Assembly: GCA_013239625.1 (NCBI GenBank)
Contig: MU053487.1
Span: 3,307,058 to 3,371,057, forward strand
Direction: 5' to 3'
Source: Lama guanicoe
Lineage: Eukaryota
Length of the DNA: 64,000 nucleotides
The translations under genes and the position numbers were made by a program. The notes under the pieces were generated by a model. It was not told the DNA's origin. It saw only the letters and a program-made list of their open reading frames with translations, and ran no database searches. Below are positions 63,233 through 64,000 of this stretch, piece by piece. Each line of letters starts with the position of its first letter. The stretch's first letter is position 1.

Positions 63233-64000
63233 GTGAGCAGATGAGTATGGGTCATACACAGGGATGGGCCTCATAGGATGGAGACTGAGGGATGTGGAGG
63301 GTCCTCGAAGGGGTGGAGTGGGTGGGATTCTCCCTAGGAGAAAGTGTATGGGATGAGAGGAAAGATTTATGGGCAGAGTCTCTGGAACCCCAGCACTAAC
63401 CCCCCTCGGAGGAGATCCTCAAAGAAATGTCAGAGAGGTGGTCAGAAAACCAGAAGGAAAAATGCTAAAAGGCAGGAGTTCAAGGACAAGGGAATGATCA
63501 AGGTTGAAAGCATGAAAGGTGAGGCAGGGGAAGCGTCTGTTGGCTTTAGTGACCTTGAGGTGGCTTCAGTGGAGTGGCTGGAAGTTGAGGAGGAGCTGAA
63601 AAGACAGAGCCATCCAGGAGATGACACCTTCCCAGTGTTGGGCTCAAGCAGGCAAGGGGACAGTGGGGACATCTGTGGGTAGCTAAGACAGAGTCAGGGA
63701 AGGGTAGCTGATGTTTGTAATTGTAGGGGAATCACAGACCTGAAAGATTGAAGCTATGAAGTGACAACCGATGGAGCAAAACTTGGAGGAGTCAGGAGGA
63801 GGGACTGGGAACAAGAGCTAGATGGCAGTGCCTACTGTGGGCAGGTGGCAAAGGGAGAGGAGCAGAAGAGAAGGCAGACAGGGAGGTGAGAGGGAGAAAG
63901 CTGAGATCACCTTGTTAAGGGTTAGGCAGTTCTAACCTCATGGGTGAAGAAATGATCATATGGAATCTTGACATGATCACACTTATCTTTACAAGCTTAA

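Overview
Mammalian genomic DNA, probably camelid (inferred from Vic-1-like tRNA-derived SINEs). Three genes lie on the + strand in the OXSR1-SLC22A13-SLC22A14 order known from human chr3p22. (1) The 3' part of OXSR1 (OSR1 STE20 kinase): 14 coding exons from 3661 to the stop at 30988, plus a ~2.6 kb 3'UTR. (2) A complete 10-exon SLC22A13 (OAT10) at 39111-47303, encoding 551 aa. (3) The first four coding exons of SLC22A14 at 60404-63232; the gene runs off the window. Every exon was read by eye with GT-AG boundaries and a consistent frame. Exon numbers and human comparisons are from memory, not from an alignment. Introns and intergenic DNA are rich in L1, SINE, LTR and DNA-transposon remnants; repeat family names are recognition-level and need Dfam/RepeatMasker confirmation. 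I found no evidence of a new multi-gene system. The more interesting observations are retrotransposition events (5'-inverted L1, internally deleted or possibly spliced L1, SINE with a possible 3' transduction, an mRNA 3'-end retrocopy), a proline in a conserved SLC22A13 motif, and candidate HNF1/HNF4 regulatory sites.
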